Part shown: positions 44,116 through 54,423 of the stretch, piece after piece
Layout: every line of letters starts with the position of its first letter
How positions within the stretch are numbered: position 1 is the first letter of the stretch
Assembly: GCA_029564175.1 (NCBI GenBank)
Contig: JAKQQL010000110.1
Span: 1-64,000 of the forward strand
DNA length: 64,000 bases
Reading direction: 5' to 3'
Source of the DNA: Candidatus Cloacimonadota bacterium
Lineage (GTDB): Bacteria; Cloacimonadota; Cloacimonadia; Cloacimonadales; WRIO01
Notes under the pieces: generated by a model
The model's input: only the letters and a program-made list of their open reading frames with translations
Told to the model about the DNA's origin: nothing
Databases searched by the model: none
Position numbers and translations under genes: made by a program

Positions 44116-44185
44116 GTGTGAAATTTATCTACAAGCAGGTTATAGCGTTAACTACCAGTTTTCGAAAATCTGATACTTGTAGAAC

Positions 44186-44214
44186 AAAAAAGGGCAGGAT
44201 ATCCTGCCCTTTTT
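44186..44214. terminator. Bidirectional intrinsic terminator
   Basis: AAAAAAGGGCAGGAT/ATCCTGCCCTTTTT between convergent hsp20 and iorB. Confidence 0.85.
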
Positions 44215-44231
44215 GATTATATGTAAGTTTT

Positions 44232-44813
44232 TTATCTGTTAGATCTTGAGAATTCAAGTCCAGCTCTGAACGCTTTTAAGTTCATTTCAACGACTGCTTC
44301 GCCTTTTCTTTCAAATACTTCCTGAATAGCTGTTTCAATATCTTCAATCTTTATATTCATAAATTCAGCTGCTGCACCGAGCATGACCATATTCATGGAA
44401 CGGGCTGCTCCTAACTCTTTTGCCATTTCATCAGCATTGATGCAAATATTGTTTTTAATGCTTTTAACAGCAGAGATGACGGTTTCAGTTTCTGGGTAGT
44501 TACTTATGTTAATGAATGGTTTGTTATTGGTAACGAGCCATCCTTCTTGAGATAAGAATGGTAAATATCTGAGAGATTCCATTGGTTCGACAGAGAGAAT
44601 CATGTCGCATTTTCCCATCGCAATCAGGTCAGAATAGATCGGTTTATCAGAAATACGAAGGTGAGATTGAACATCACCACCACGTTGACTCATACCATGA
44701 ACTTCTGCCTGTTTCAAATAGTAACCACTTTTAAGTGCTGCTTCGCCAATAATCGTAGCGATTGATAAGATACCTTGTCCACCGACTCCGGCTAAAATGA
44801 TGTCTAATTTCAT
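44232..44813 (-). CDS. iorB: Indolepyruvate:ferredoxin oxidoreductase beta subunit
   Basis: GVGGQGIL, EVHGMSQRGG.V, NMVMLGA. Confidence 0.93.
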   Translation of the reverse strand: MKLDIILAGVGGQGILSIATIIGEAALKSGYYLKQAEVHGMSQRGGDVQSHLRISDKPIYSDLIAMGKCDMILSVEPMESLRYLPFLSQEGWLVTNNKPFINISNYPETETVISAVKSIKNNICINADEMAKELGAARSMNMVMLGAAAEFMNIKIEDIETAIQEVFERKGEAVVEMNLKAFRAGLEFSRSNR

Positions 44814-44822
44814 TGTGGTCTC

Positions 44823-46412
44823 CTACTTTCTGTTTTTCTTTGCTAAAGTCTGGATACATTCACGGCGTGGGATAATGACTGAAACGCCATTATAAGCCAT
44901 TTCTTCTTTAAAGATATTGACCATCTCGTCATGATTTCTTTTCAGTGGCAGAACTGTACGGATATGTTCTGGCTCAACACCTAATCCCTGGCAAATTTGT
45001 TCAATTTTTCCTAGTGCAGAAGAATCCTGACCGCCTGTCATACCAGTTGTTTCGTTATCAACTATGACGACAACTACGTTTGTTTTTTCATTTACACAGT
45101 CTAACAATCCGGTGATACCTGAATGACTGAAAGTTGAATCACCAATGACAGCAATAGATGGGAATAATCCAGCATCAGCTGCGCCTTTAGCCATCGTGAT
45201 AGAAGCACCCATATCTACGCAACTGTTAATTGCCTGATATGGAGGTAAAGCGCCTAATGTATAGCAGCCGATATCAGAGAATACATGACCGCTTCCGAAA
45301 GGCTCAAGTGATTCTTTTAAGGCATTATAGGTGTCAATATGAGGACAGCCGACACACAAAGCGGGTGGGCGTGGTGCAACAATTTCAGGTATTTCAAGTA
45401 ATTCATTTTCTTTAATATTAAGGGCTTTGGCTACGATATTGGGATTTAACTCACCATCGCGAGGAACTGTATTGTCTAAACGACCTTTAACGGTTACAGA
45501 CTGACTTAAATAGCCTTTAATCATTTCTTCTACTAAAGGTGCTCCATCTTCAAGTACAAGGATAGTACTGCATTCTGAACACAGTTTTTCAATCATTTTA
45601 CGAGGTAATGGGTATTGTGATATCTTTAATACAGGGTAAGGGCATGGATTATCATTATAATTCTCCATTAAATAATTGTAAGCTAAACCACAAGCGATTA
45701 TACCCATCGATTTATCAGTGCCTTCAAAATATTTGTTAAATGGGCTGTTTTCTGATTCTTCAATCAACTGACCTTGTAAAGCGAGCAATCTCTTAAATCT
45801 TTTTCGTGAAACAGCAGGGAGGAGGATAAACTGAGTTTTATCTTTTGGGAGTTTCATTTCATTTTCAGTTTTAACCGCTTTTCTGTCTATACCTGCTCTT
45901 GAATGTGATAATCTGGTTACAAAGCGAACCATTACAGGTAATTCATATTTTTCTGAAAAATCAAATCCATAATGAGCCATTTCATAGGCTTCCTGTTGAT
46001 TGGATGGTTCTAATGCCGGTAATAATGCAAATTTTGCATAAAAACGAGAGTCTTGTTCATTTTGAGATGAATGCATAGAAGGATCATCAGCCACAGCGAC
46101 GAGTAAACCGCCGTTTGCTCCAGTGAAAGCTGAGTTTACATAAGGGTCAGCTGCGACATTAAGCCCAACATGTTTCATGGTAACAATCGTTCTTTTTCCG
46201 GCATAAGACATACCAATGGCACTTTCCATTGCAGTTTTTTCATTCGCAGACCATTTTCTGTGAACATTACGTTCTTCAGCTAATGGGTTTTTTTGAATGT
46301 ACTCAATGATCTCAGTGGAAGGAGTTCCTGGATAACCATAAGCGCCGGACATGCCAGCATCTAAGGCTCCTTGAGCAAATGCTTCATCACCCAGTAAGAG
46401 TAGTTTTTTCAT
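44823..46412 (-). CDS. iorA: Indolepyruvate:ferredoxin oxidoreductase alpha subunit
   Basis: GYPGTPSTE, MKHVGLNVAADP, SSQNEQDSR, LCVGCPH, DIGCYTLG, GDSTF.HSG. Confidence 0.95.
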   Translation of the reverse strand: MKKLLLLGDEAFAQGALDAGMSGAYGYPGTPSTEIIEYIQKNPLAEERNVHRKWSANEKTAMESAIGMSYAGKRTIVTMKHVGLNVAADPYVNSAFTGANGGLLVAVADDPSMHSSQNEQDSRFYAKFALLPALEPSNQQEAYEMAHYGFDFSEKYELPVMVRFVTRLSHSRAGIDRKAVKTENEMKLPKDKTQFILLPAVSRKRFKRLLALQGQLIEESENSPFNKYFEGTDKSMGIIACGLAYNYLMENYNDNPCPYPVLKISQYPLPRKMIEKLCSECSTILVLEDGAPLVEEMIKGYLSQSVTVKGRLDNTVPRDGELNPNIVAKALNIKENELLEIPEIVAPRPPALCVGCPHIDTYNALKESLEPFGSGHVFSDIGCYTLGALPPYQAINSCVDMGASITMAKGAADAGLFPSIAVIGDSTFSHSGITGLLDCVNEKTNVVVVIVDNETTGMTGGQDSSALGKIEQICQGLGVEPEHIRTVLPLKRNHDEMVNIFKEEMAYNGVSVIIPRRECIQTLAKKNRK

Positions 46413-46723
46413 TGCAACCTCTTTTTAATTATTTTTTTTACTAATTTTCATAATTGGTCATTTTTTTGCAAGCATTTTTTTGTTTTTTTTAAAAAAAGTT
46501 TCTTTTGATGTATAATCAGGTAGCCATGATGATTTAAATCTAAATGATTTTTACTTTAGTAAGTCGATTTTTGCTTGATAGCAGATAAGGAGTAAAGCTT
46601 TCAACTTTGATAATCCAGGTAAGTAGGTAACATTCTGATAAGCTGATAAACTGGATATATTTTTTAAAATACTAGCTCTATTCATCTCAAGAAAATGAAA
46701 AAATATTCTGATGATTTCTGATA

Positions 46724-49271
46724 TCATGAATTTTTGGTCTTTACAAATTGAATGAGAATATTCTGGAGTTCCTTATGACTAAACGGTTTACTAATACTTG
46801 CTGTAAAACCATATTTTTGAGGATTCGCCATGATAGGGTCATCTGAATATCCACTTGCTACAATTATTGGAACTTGAATATTATTTTTTCTGATTATCTC
46901 TGTCGCTTCTTTTCCTCCCATTCCTCCAGGAATTGTCAGATCAAAAATCATCGCTTTTAATTTATTTTCAGTGTTGTTTAAAACATAATCTACTGCTTTA
47001 CTACCATTATCCAGACAAACAACTTCATAACCAAAATAAGTAAGCATCTCTTTTACTGTATTTTGTATAATCTCCTCATCATCCATTACCAGTATGAGTC
47101 CTGTATCAGAAAATTCTGTTTGGGCTTCCTGTGTTTCATCAGATAAAACAGTATCCAAAGAAGCCGGTAGAAAAATATGAAAGGTAGTTCCAAGTCCTAA
47201 TAGTGATTCAACTTCGATAGTTCCATTATGCTTATAAATGATTGAATAACTGGTTGCCAATCCCAGACCATGACCTTTAGATTTTGTAGTAAAAAAAGGA
47301 TCAAATATCTTTGAGATTAATTCACCGGGTATTCCTATTCCTGAATCTTTTACGGATATTTTGACGTATTGACCACTTTTCAGCATAGGATGTGTGTTTG
47401 ATATCACCTCATTTTTTGCCGAAATCTCTATCGATCCGCCAACAGGCATAGCTTGTTGAGCATTGATTACAATATTTTCTATTACCTGGCCGATTTGATT
47501 TTCATCATAATTTACTAACCATAGATTATCCTCAATCAGAAACTGTGCAGTTACATTTGAACCACTAAGTGCAAATCTAGTCGTATTTTCAATAAATGGA
47601 AACAAATGACTTACTTTTTTGACAGGATTTCCGCCTTTAGAAAAAGTAAGCAGTTGTTGAGTCAGAGATCTGGCTCTGTTAATTGTATTTATCGCATTTT
47701 CAATATATTCATGCCTTTTATTTTCTTTACTTTTCAGATTTGATAGTTCAAGAGAGCCGTATATGCCTCCTAACAAATTGTTAAAATCATGAGCAATTCC
47801 ACCAGCTAATACTGCTAGAGATTCCAGCTTAGAAGTTCTTTGAACGGTTTCTTGAATATTGTGTTTTTCAGTAACATCTCTAAAAACCAAGACGACACCT
47901 ACCGTTTCATTATCTGAGTTTTTTATTGGAGCTGCACTATCAGTGATAATCATTTCTGTCCCATTTTTTGAAATCAACATCGTATCATTAGCTAATTCCA
48001 CTATTTGCCCTGTTTTGATAACTTTTTCAACTGGATTTACACAATTCTTTTTTGTTTTTTGATTAATAATGTGAAAAATGTCAGTGATCTGTTTCCCTTC
48101 AGCTTCAGATTGAGACCAACCAGTCATTACTTCTGCAGATTTGTTAATGATAAGCACTCTGCCTTTAGTATCTGTAGATATCACACCATCTCCAATACTT
48201 TTAAGTGTAACTGCTAATCTTTCTTTTTCATCATAAAGATTTGTTTCTATTTTCTTTCTGCTGGTGATATCTAAGGTACTGCCAACTATTCTAATAATTT
48301 TTCCCGATTTGTCCTTAACCGGCACAAGAGTTGTTAAAGCAAATTTGATACCCAAAGCAGGTAAATTGACTTCTTCTTCATAAGAGATTGTTTGATTTTG
48401 CTCAATACATTTCCTGTAATTGGCAGTTATCTGATTAGCGACATCAAGTGGAAAAAAATCACGGAATTTTTTCCCTCTAACCTCTTCTGCTTTGACACCT
48501 GTAATTTCTTCATCGGCTTTATTCATGTTACTTATACTAAAATCGCCATCATCTTCAACATCAATAATAAAAATGCCATAAGCTGTAGCATCAAAAATCG
48601 CTTGAATATCAGAGTCTCTCTTTCTAAGATTTTCTTCAAATTCGATTCTGTGAGTAACATCTCTTACTAAGACCACTACATATTCTTCTGTTTCAAATTG
48701 AGTGTACTGAATTTTAACCTCAGACCAGAACAGTCCTTTGTTCTTCTTTCTTGACCACCACAGAAAAGTTTGTTGTCCTTCTGTTTTTGACTTATGAATC
48801 CAGTTTAAAGCTTCATTTTCTGAGTAAGGAGCATCACCCATGCTAATATCGTTTAATGACAGTTTTAATGCTTCTTTTTTTTTCATAACCATACATATTT
48901 AGCATTGCCTGATTAACATCCAGAATTTTTCCTGTATTGGCATCATGCACTAGAATCGCATCAGAGCATGTATCCAAAATCGTTTTTAGATAAATTTCAT
49001 TTCTCATTTGTTTTTTATTTTGCTTTTCAAGTGCTTTTCTAGTTAGTTTATTAGTTATGAAATAAAGAAATAGTATAGAAAATGAGACGATTAGAATAAG
49101 AAATAAAAGTAAATTTGTATAACTAATCTCTGTTTTATGATTTACACTGAATGTGTTTTGAGCTGCTAAAAAATTGAATTGAAAAAATGTGAACAGAATT
49201 AGACTTTTTTGGGAGGTTTCACCGAAGCTTATAATTACCCTCTTGATTTTTTTAAACGTGTTACATTTCAT
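46724..49271 (-). pseudogene. Membrane PAS hybrid histidine kinase split by a frameshift in an A9 run
   Basis: ORF 49271-48843 (TM plus start of PAS, ..NMYGYEKK) and ORF 48892-46724 (KKEALKL..PAS, AHDFNNLL, HATPase, REC) join if the T9 at 48875-48883 is T8. Confidence 0.8.
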
Positions 49272-49556
49272 CTATTTCCTCCATTATAAATATGATAATA
49301 CTTTTCTGACAGTTAGTCAATTGAAATTTCAATTAGTTTAGATTCTTGTTGAATGAGTATAATTACAAGTTAATTAGTGAGACATTTCTGTATTCCATTC
49401 TTCAAAAATAAAGATAGTTTTGACTTCATGCTAATTCATAAATAACATATAAATGTCCAGGGAGAGACAAAAGAATTTTATGATTTTAATTTTCTTGACA
49501 AATCTAAGATATGTTTTTATTTTGAAAAACTAAAAAGAAAGATATATGGAGTTGTC

Positions 49557-51089
49557 ATGAAAAGAGCTTTATTAAGTCTCTCAGATAAAAGAAATCTTGA
49601 AGAATTTGCGAATGATTTGCTTACGTTAGGTTATGAACTTGTATCCACGGGTGGTACCTTAAAAGTATTGCAAGATGCAAATATAAATGCAAAAGCAGTA
49701 TCAGAGGTCACCAGTTTCCCTGAAATAATGAATGGTAGAGTCAAAACACTTCATCCTAAAATCATGGGTGGAATTTTAGCTGTGCCAAGTAATTTGAATC
49801 ATATTCAGCAAGCAAAAGAGAATGGAATTGAACTTTTTGATTTGATTGTGGTAAATCTTTATCCATTTGAGAAAACAATCAACAACCCATTAGCAACCTG
49901 GGCTGATAAAATTGAAAATATTGATATTGGTGGCCCATCTCTGATTCGTGCAGCAGCAAAAAATTACCAGTTTGTTACCGTTGTTACTGACCCTTCTGAT
50001 TATGACAAAGTGATTGAAGAACTAAAAAACAATCAGGAAACTACTATTGATACCCGAAGATATCTTGCTCAGAAGGCTTTTGCTCATACCGCTGCCTATG
50101 ATAGTTTGATTGCAGATACTTTTAATCATGAACAAAAAGACAGAAACAAAGGTATGTTGAATATAGGGTTACCATTAAAAGATGACTTAAGATATGGAGA
50201 AAATCCTCATCAAAAAGCAGGATTTTATGAAAGTGATTATGATCATTTAATAGAAGTCATTCATGGAAAACAATTGTCTTACAATAATTATCTGGATATT
50301 GATTCTGGTTTGAAACTCATTATGAATTTTGATAAAAAGACTGTTGCTATTTTGAAACATACAAATCCATGTGGTGTTGCAAGTGCTGATACTTTACTCG
50401 AAGCATATAGAAATGCCTTTGCATGTGATACATTATCTCCTTTTGGGGGAATTGTTATTTTAAATGATGAATTGGATATGGAAACTGCCAAAGCCATTAA
50501 TGAAGTCTTTACAGAAATCATCATTGCGCCAGCTGTTAATCCAGAGACTCTTAACTTCTTAAAAAAGAAAAAAGACAGACGGATTGTAATTTATCAGCAA
50601 GATGAGTTGATTAAGTTAAAAACTCATAAAAATGTGGTAACCTGTCTTAATGGTTATTTATGTCAGGAAAGTGACAATCTGAATATTAACAGAGAAGACT
50701 GGACTTTTGCTAGTCAGATTATTCCTGATGATGAAACAATGTATAGTCTTGAATTTGCCTGGAAAGTAGTGGCAAAAGTCAAATCTAATGCCATTTGTCT
50801 CGTAAAGGGAACACAAACAATTGGGATAGGCGTTGGACAGACATCAAGGGTTGATTCTTTAAAGATAGCTATCAATCGTGCAGAAGAAATGGGCTTTGAC
50901 TTAACCGGAGCAATATGTGCCTCTGATGGATTTTTCCCAAAAACAGATTCAATTGATTTGATGGTTCAGAAAGGTGTTAAAGCTATTATTCAACCAGGTG
51001 GTTCAAAAGCTGATCCAGAAGTTATTGATGCTGTTAATAATGCAGAGATTGCTATGATTTTGACTAATAGAAGACATTTCAGACATTGA
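49557..51089 (+). CDS. purH: Bifunctional AICAR transformylase/IMP cyclohydrolase
   Basis: RALLS.SDK, STGGT, GRVKTLHP, LRYGENPHQ, KHTNPCG, ASDGFFP, RHFRH. Confidence 0.98.
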   Translation: MKRALLSLSDKRNLEEFANDLLTLGYELVSTGGTLKVLQDANINAKAVSEVTSFPEIMNGRVKTLHPKIMGGILAVPSNLNHIQQAKENGIELFDLIVVNLYPFEKTINNPLATWADKIENIDIGGPSLIRAAAKNYQFVTVVTDPSDYDKVIEELKNNQETTIDTRRYLAQKAFAHTAAYDSLIADTFNHEQKDRNKGMLNIGLPLKDDLRYGENPHQKAGFYESDYDHLIEVIHGKQLSYNNYLDIDSGLKLIMNFDKKTVAILKHTNPCGVASADTLLEAYRNAFACDTLSPFGGIVILNDELDMETAKAINEVFTEIIIAPAVNPETLNFLKKKKDRRIVIYQQDELIKLKTHKNVVTCLNGYLCQESDNLNINREDWTFASQIIPDDETMYSLEFAWKVVAKVKSNAICLVKGTQTIGIGVGQTSRVDSLKIAINRAEEMGFDLTGAICASDGFFPKTDSIDLMVQKGVKAIIQPGGSKADPEVIDAVNNAEIAMILTNRRHFRH

Positions 51090-51096
51090 GGTAAGC

Positions 51097-51963
51097 GTGA
51101 AAGACTATTTAATCAGGGGAATAACAAAAGATAAATGTATCCGCTTTTTTGCAATCAGCGCAAATCAGGTTGTTTCAGAGGCTATGAAAATTCATCATCT
51201 GTCCTATACGAATTCGATTTTATTAGGTCGCACACTTATTGCTGGATTACTCATGAGTAATGATTTAAAAAATGAAGATGATTTACTGACAATTCGTTTT
51301 ATTGGAGACGGACCTGCAGGACATTTTCTCGTTACCTGCAACGGGAAAAATTCTATAAAAGGTTATTCTGAAAATCCAGGTTTTGAATCAGAAAAAGGTT
51401 TCAATGCATCTGCTGCTGTTGGCTCTGGTGTAATTAATGTTATTAAATCAATCGGAGATTTAAAACCTTATATCGGTCAAACCAATATTATCAGCGGGGA
51501 AATTGCTGAGGATATTGCTTACTATTATATGCAATCAGAGCAAATTCCGACAGCAATCCAACTTGGTGTATTGTTAAATGAAGATGCCAGTGTCAGACAA
51601 GCGGGTGGCTTCCTGGTTCAGCTTATGCCTGATACACCTGAACATCTTATTGAGCGTTTGGAAAACAATATTAAGGCTTTTCCAAATTTTTCTGATATGC
51701 TGGATTTGAATTATTCTCTGGAAAGTTTGATAGAAAAATTCATATTAAAAGGTTTTGGAATTGATATAACAGAAACTAATGAGGTACGTTATGAATGTAA
51801 CTGTAACAAAGACAGATTTGAAAAAGGTTTAGCTTTATTAGGAAAAGAAGAACTACAAATAATGATTGATGATAATGAAAGTATCAGTGCCGAGTGCCAT
51901 TTTTGTAATAAAACATATCAGTTTGATCTCATTGATCTAAAGAAAATCTATAATAGTTTATGA
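51097..51963 (+). CDS. hslO: Hsp33 redox-regulated chaperone
   Basis: SGEIAED..YY..QSEQ.P, AGG..VQ.MP, CNC and CHFC zinc motif. Confidence 0.95.
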   Translation: MKDYLIRGITKDKCIRFFAISANQVVSEAMKIHHLSYTNSILLGRTLIAGLLMSNDLKNEDDLLTIRFIGDGPAGHFLVTCNGKNSIKGYSENPGFESEKGFNASAAVGSGVINVIKSIGDLKPYIGQTNIISGEIAEDIAYYYMQSEQIPTAIQLGVLLNEDASVRQAGGFLVQLMPDTPEHLIERLENNIKAFPNFSDMLDLNYSLESLIEKFILKGFGIDITETNEVRYECNCNKDRFEKGLALLGKEELQIMIDDNESISAECHFCNKTYQFDLIDLKKIYNSL

Positions 51964-52052
51964 TGTTCTTTTTATTACTGATTGTTTTTCATTCAATCTA
52001 AAAAATCATATAAAAACAAGCATAATGCAAAAAAAATATAAAGGAGTTCAAT

Positions 52053-53246
52053 ATGCGTAAAGTCGTCGTCGTATCAGCCAAACGTACTGCAATTGGCAAT
52101 TTTGGCTCTGCATTTAAAGATGTCTCAGCAGTTCAGCTGGGAGTTACTGTAGTGAAGAATATTTTAGAAGAGACTCGTCTAAAACCTGAACAGGTTAATG
52201 AAGTAATTTTAGGAAATGTGTTAGGAGCAGGTTTAGGACAAAATGTTGCCCGTCAGGTCAGCATTCATTCAGGAATCCCAACATATGTTCCTGCATATAC
52301 GATAAACAAGGTTTGTGGTTCTGGTATGAAGGCTGTTTCTCTTGCAGCGATGATGATCGCTTCAGAAGAAGCGGATATCATATTAGCCGGAGGCATAGAA
52401 AATATGTCTCAAAGTCCCTATTTGCTTCCTGATGAACGATGGGGAGCCAGAATGGGTGATAAAATGGTTGTTGATACAATGATTAAAGATGGTTTGAGTG
52501 ATATTTTCAATAATTATCATATGGGAATAACTGCTGAAAACTTAGCTGAAGAGTTTGGTTTAAGTAAAGAAGATCAGGATTTGTTTGCAGTTCAAAGCCA
52601 GAATAAAGCAGAAAAAGCAATGACAGAAGGTCGATTTAAAGATGAAATTGTTCCAGTCATTATTCCACAACGTAAAGGTGATCCGTTGATCATAGATACT
52701 GATGAATTTCCACGAAAAGGGGTTACAGCTGAAAGTCTAGCAAAGGTTAAACCTGCATTTAAAAAAGAGGGAACGGTTACAGCTGCAAATGCTTCAGGTA
52801 TTAATGATGGAGCAGCAATTCTTCTTTTAATGTCGGAAGAAAAGGCTAAAGAACTAGAAATGGATGTTTTGGCTTATTTTATTCAATCTGCTTCTGCGGG
52901 AGTTGATCCTTCTATCATGGGTTATGGACCAGTGCCTGCAATTAAAAAAGTACTCAGTAAAGCAAACTGGAAGATTGAGGATATTGAAATTGCCGAATTG
53001 AATGAAGCTTTTGCTGCACAATCACTTGCCGTAGTTAAAGGTCTTGAAAATGAAGTAGGGAAAATTGACTCCTCAATCGTTAATGTCAACGGTGGAGCGA
53101 TAGCACTTGGACACCCTATCGGAGCAAGTGGAGCCAGAATTATTGTGTCATTACTTCATGAAATGAAAAAAACTGGAAAGAAAAAAGGCCTGGCATCATT
53201 ATGTATTGGTGGTGGTATGGGAATTGCCACCCTATTTGAAAAATAA
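52053..53246 (+). CDS. atoB: Acetyl-CoA C-acetyltransferase (thiolase II)
   Basis: [25 protein letters not shown]. Confidence 0.95.
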   Translation: MRKVVVVSAKRTAIGNFGSAFKDVSAVQLGVTVVKNILEETRLKPEQVNEVILGNVLGAGLGQNVARQVSIHSGIPTYVPAYTINKVCGSGMKAVSLAAMMIASEEADIILAGGIENMSQSPYLLPDERWGARMGDKMVVDTMIKDGLSDIFNNYHMGITAENLAEEFGLSKEDQDLFAVQSQNKAEKAMTEGRFKDEIVPVIIPQRKGDPLIIDTDEFPRKGVTAESLAKVKPAFKKEGTVTAANASGINDGAAILLLMSEEKAKELEMDVLAYFIQSASAGVDPSIMGYGPVPAIKKVLSKANWKIEDIEIAELNEAFAAQSLAVVKGLENEVGKIDSSIVNVNGGAIALGHPIGASGARIIVSLLHEMKKTGKKKGLASLCIGGGMGIATLFEK

Positions 53247-53254
53247 GCATTTTC

Positions 53255-53291
53255 ACAGGCATTCTGAGAAATATTAGAATGCCTGTTTTTT
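53255..53291 (+). terminator. Intrinsic terminator after thiolase
   Basis: ACAGGCATTCT...AGAATGCCTGT followed by a T-tract. Confidence 0.85.
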
Positions 53292-53410
53292 CTAATTCCT
53301 TATTGCATCCTTATCCTATCCTTATTCTTACTTATTCTTTTTTAAAATCCAAAAATTTTCCTTGACATTTAAAAATAAGTTTGAATAAATTACATGCAAA
53401 GGATAGTCGA

Positions 53411-54409
53411 ATGATAAAGAAAAGTGTAATTGTATTTGTTTTTATAATGTTAGTATCGTTTTCGATTTTTAAATATTATAGGCACCACAATGTCAAAAAA
53501 CCATTAAAACATGTGACTATCCGCTTACAATGGGTTACACAGACTCAGTTTGCTGGGTTTTATGTTGCCAAATCAAAAGGTTTTTATAAAGATTACGGAC
53601 TGGATGTGAGTATCGAAGAAGGAGGCTATGCGCTTTCGAATATCCGTTCAGTAAAGGAAGGCGCAGAAGAATTTGGTTGTCGTTGGGCTTCTGATCTTTT
53701 GCCTTATTTTCAGGATCTCATCATTATTGCAAATATTTTTAAAAATAATGGTCTGCTACTGGTTTCTAAAAAAGAAAGAAATATTAAGAATATTCATAAT
53801 CTGATTAAAAAAAGACTCTCAATATGGTTCATTGGAAACGAACTTCAGTTATTATCATTGTTAGATAAATACCATATATCAAATCATCAGGTAGAAGTGA
53901 TTCCTCAAAAATTTGATTTAAGTCAGTTTTATAATGATGAGGTTGATGCGATTTCTGCAATGTCTTTTAATGAATTACTGATACTTAATAAAAATGGCTA
54001 TCCCAATGAAAAACTCAATATATTAGATTATAAAGATTATGGATATGATTTTTTGGGAGATTGTATTTTCACTTCAAAAAGTTATCTGAAAAATCATCCT
54101 GATGTGTGTAAAGCATTTGTTCAAGCAAGCATTAAAGGTTGGGAATACAGTTTAGAATATCCGGAAGAAGCAGCAAAAATCGTTGTTAATCAATCCAAAA
54201 ATATGAAACTGGATTATGCGCATCAACTGTCTCAATTAAATGCAGTAAAAAAATTGATTATTAGTAATCAATACCCAATTGGCTTTACACCTTTAAAAGA
54301 TATTCAAAAATTAATTGAATTGTTTTATAAAAATGGTATTTTAACTGATGAAATTGTTCCTGATCAGATTTATACCAACCAGTTTATAAAAAAAGAGTCG
54401 AGAAAATAG
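53411..54409 (+). CDS. NMT1/THI5-like (SsuA/ThiY family) substrate-binding protein
   Basis: LQWVTQTQFAGFYVA..KGFY...GLDV, F..ASIKGWEY; N-terminal TM/signal. Start placed at ATG 53411. Confidence 0.85.
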   Translation: MIKKSVIVFVFIMLVSFSIFKYYRHHNVKKPLKHVTIRLQWVTQTQFAGFYVAKSKGFYKDYGLDVSIEEGGYALSNIRSVKEGAEEFGCRWASDLLPYFQDLIIIANIFKNNGLLLVSKKERNIKNIHNLIKKRLSIWFIGNELQLLSLLDKYHISNHQVEVIPQKFDLSQFYNDEVDAISAMSFNELLILNKNGYPNEKLNILDYKDYGYDFLGDCIFTSKSYLKNHPDVCKAFVQASIKGWEYSLEYPEEAAKIVVNQSKNMKLDYAHQLSQLNAVKKLIISNQYPIGFTPLKDIQKLIELFYKNGILTDEIVPDQIYTNQFIKKESRK

Positions 54410-54423
54410 GTTAAGGGTAAAAT

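Noticed and set aside
44823..46412. IorA lacks the C-terminal 2x[4Fe-4S] ferredoxin domain
   Set aside because: The gene ends cleanly next to the iorB RBS, and short ~530-aa IorA forms are known in Bacteroidota-like anaerobes, so this is not a lesion.
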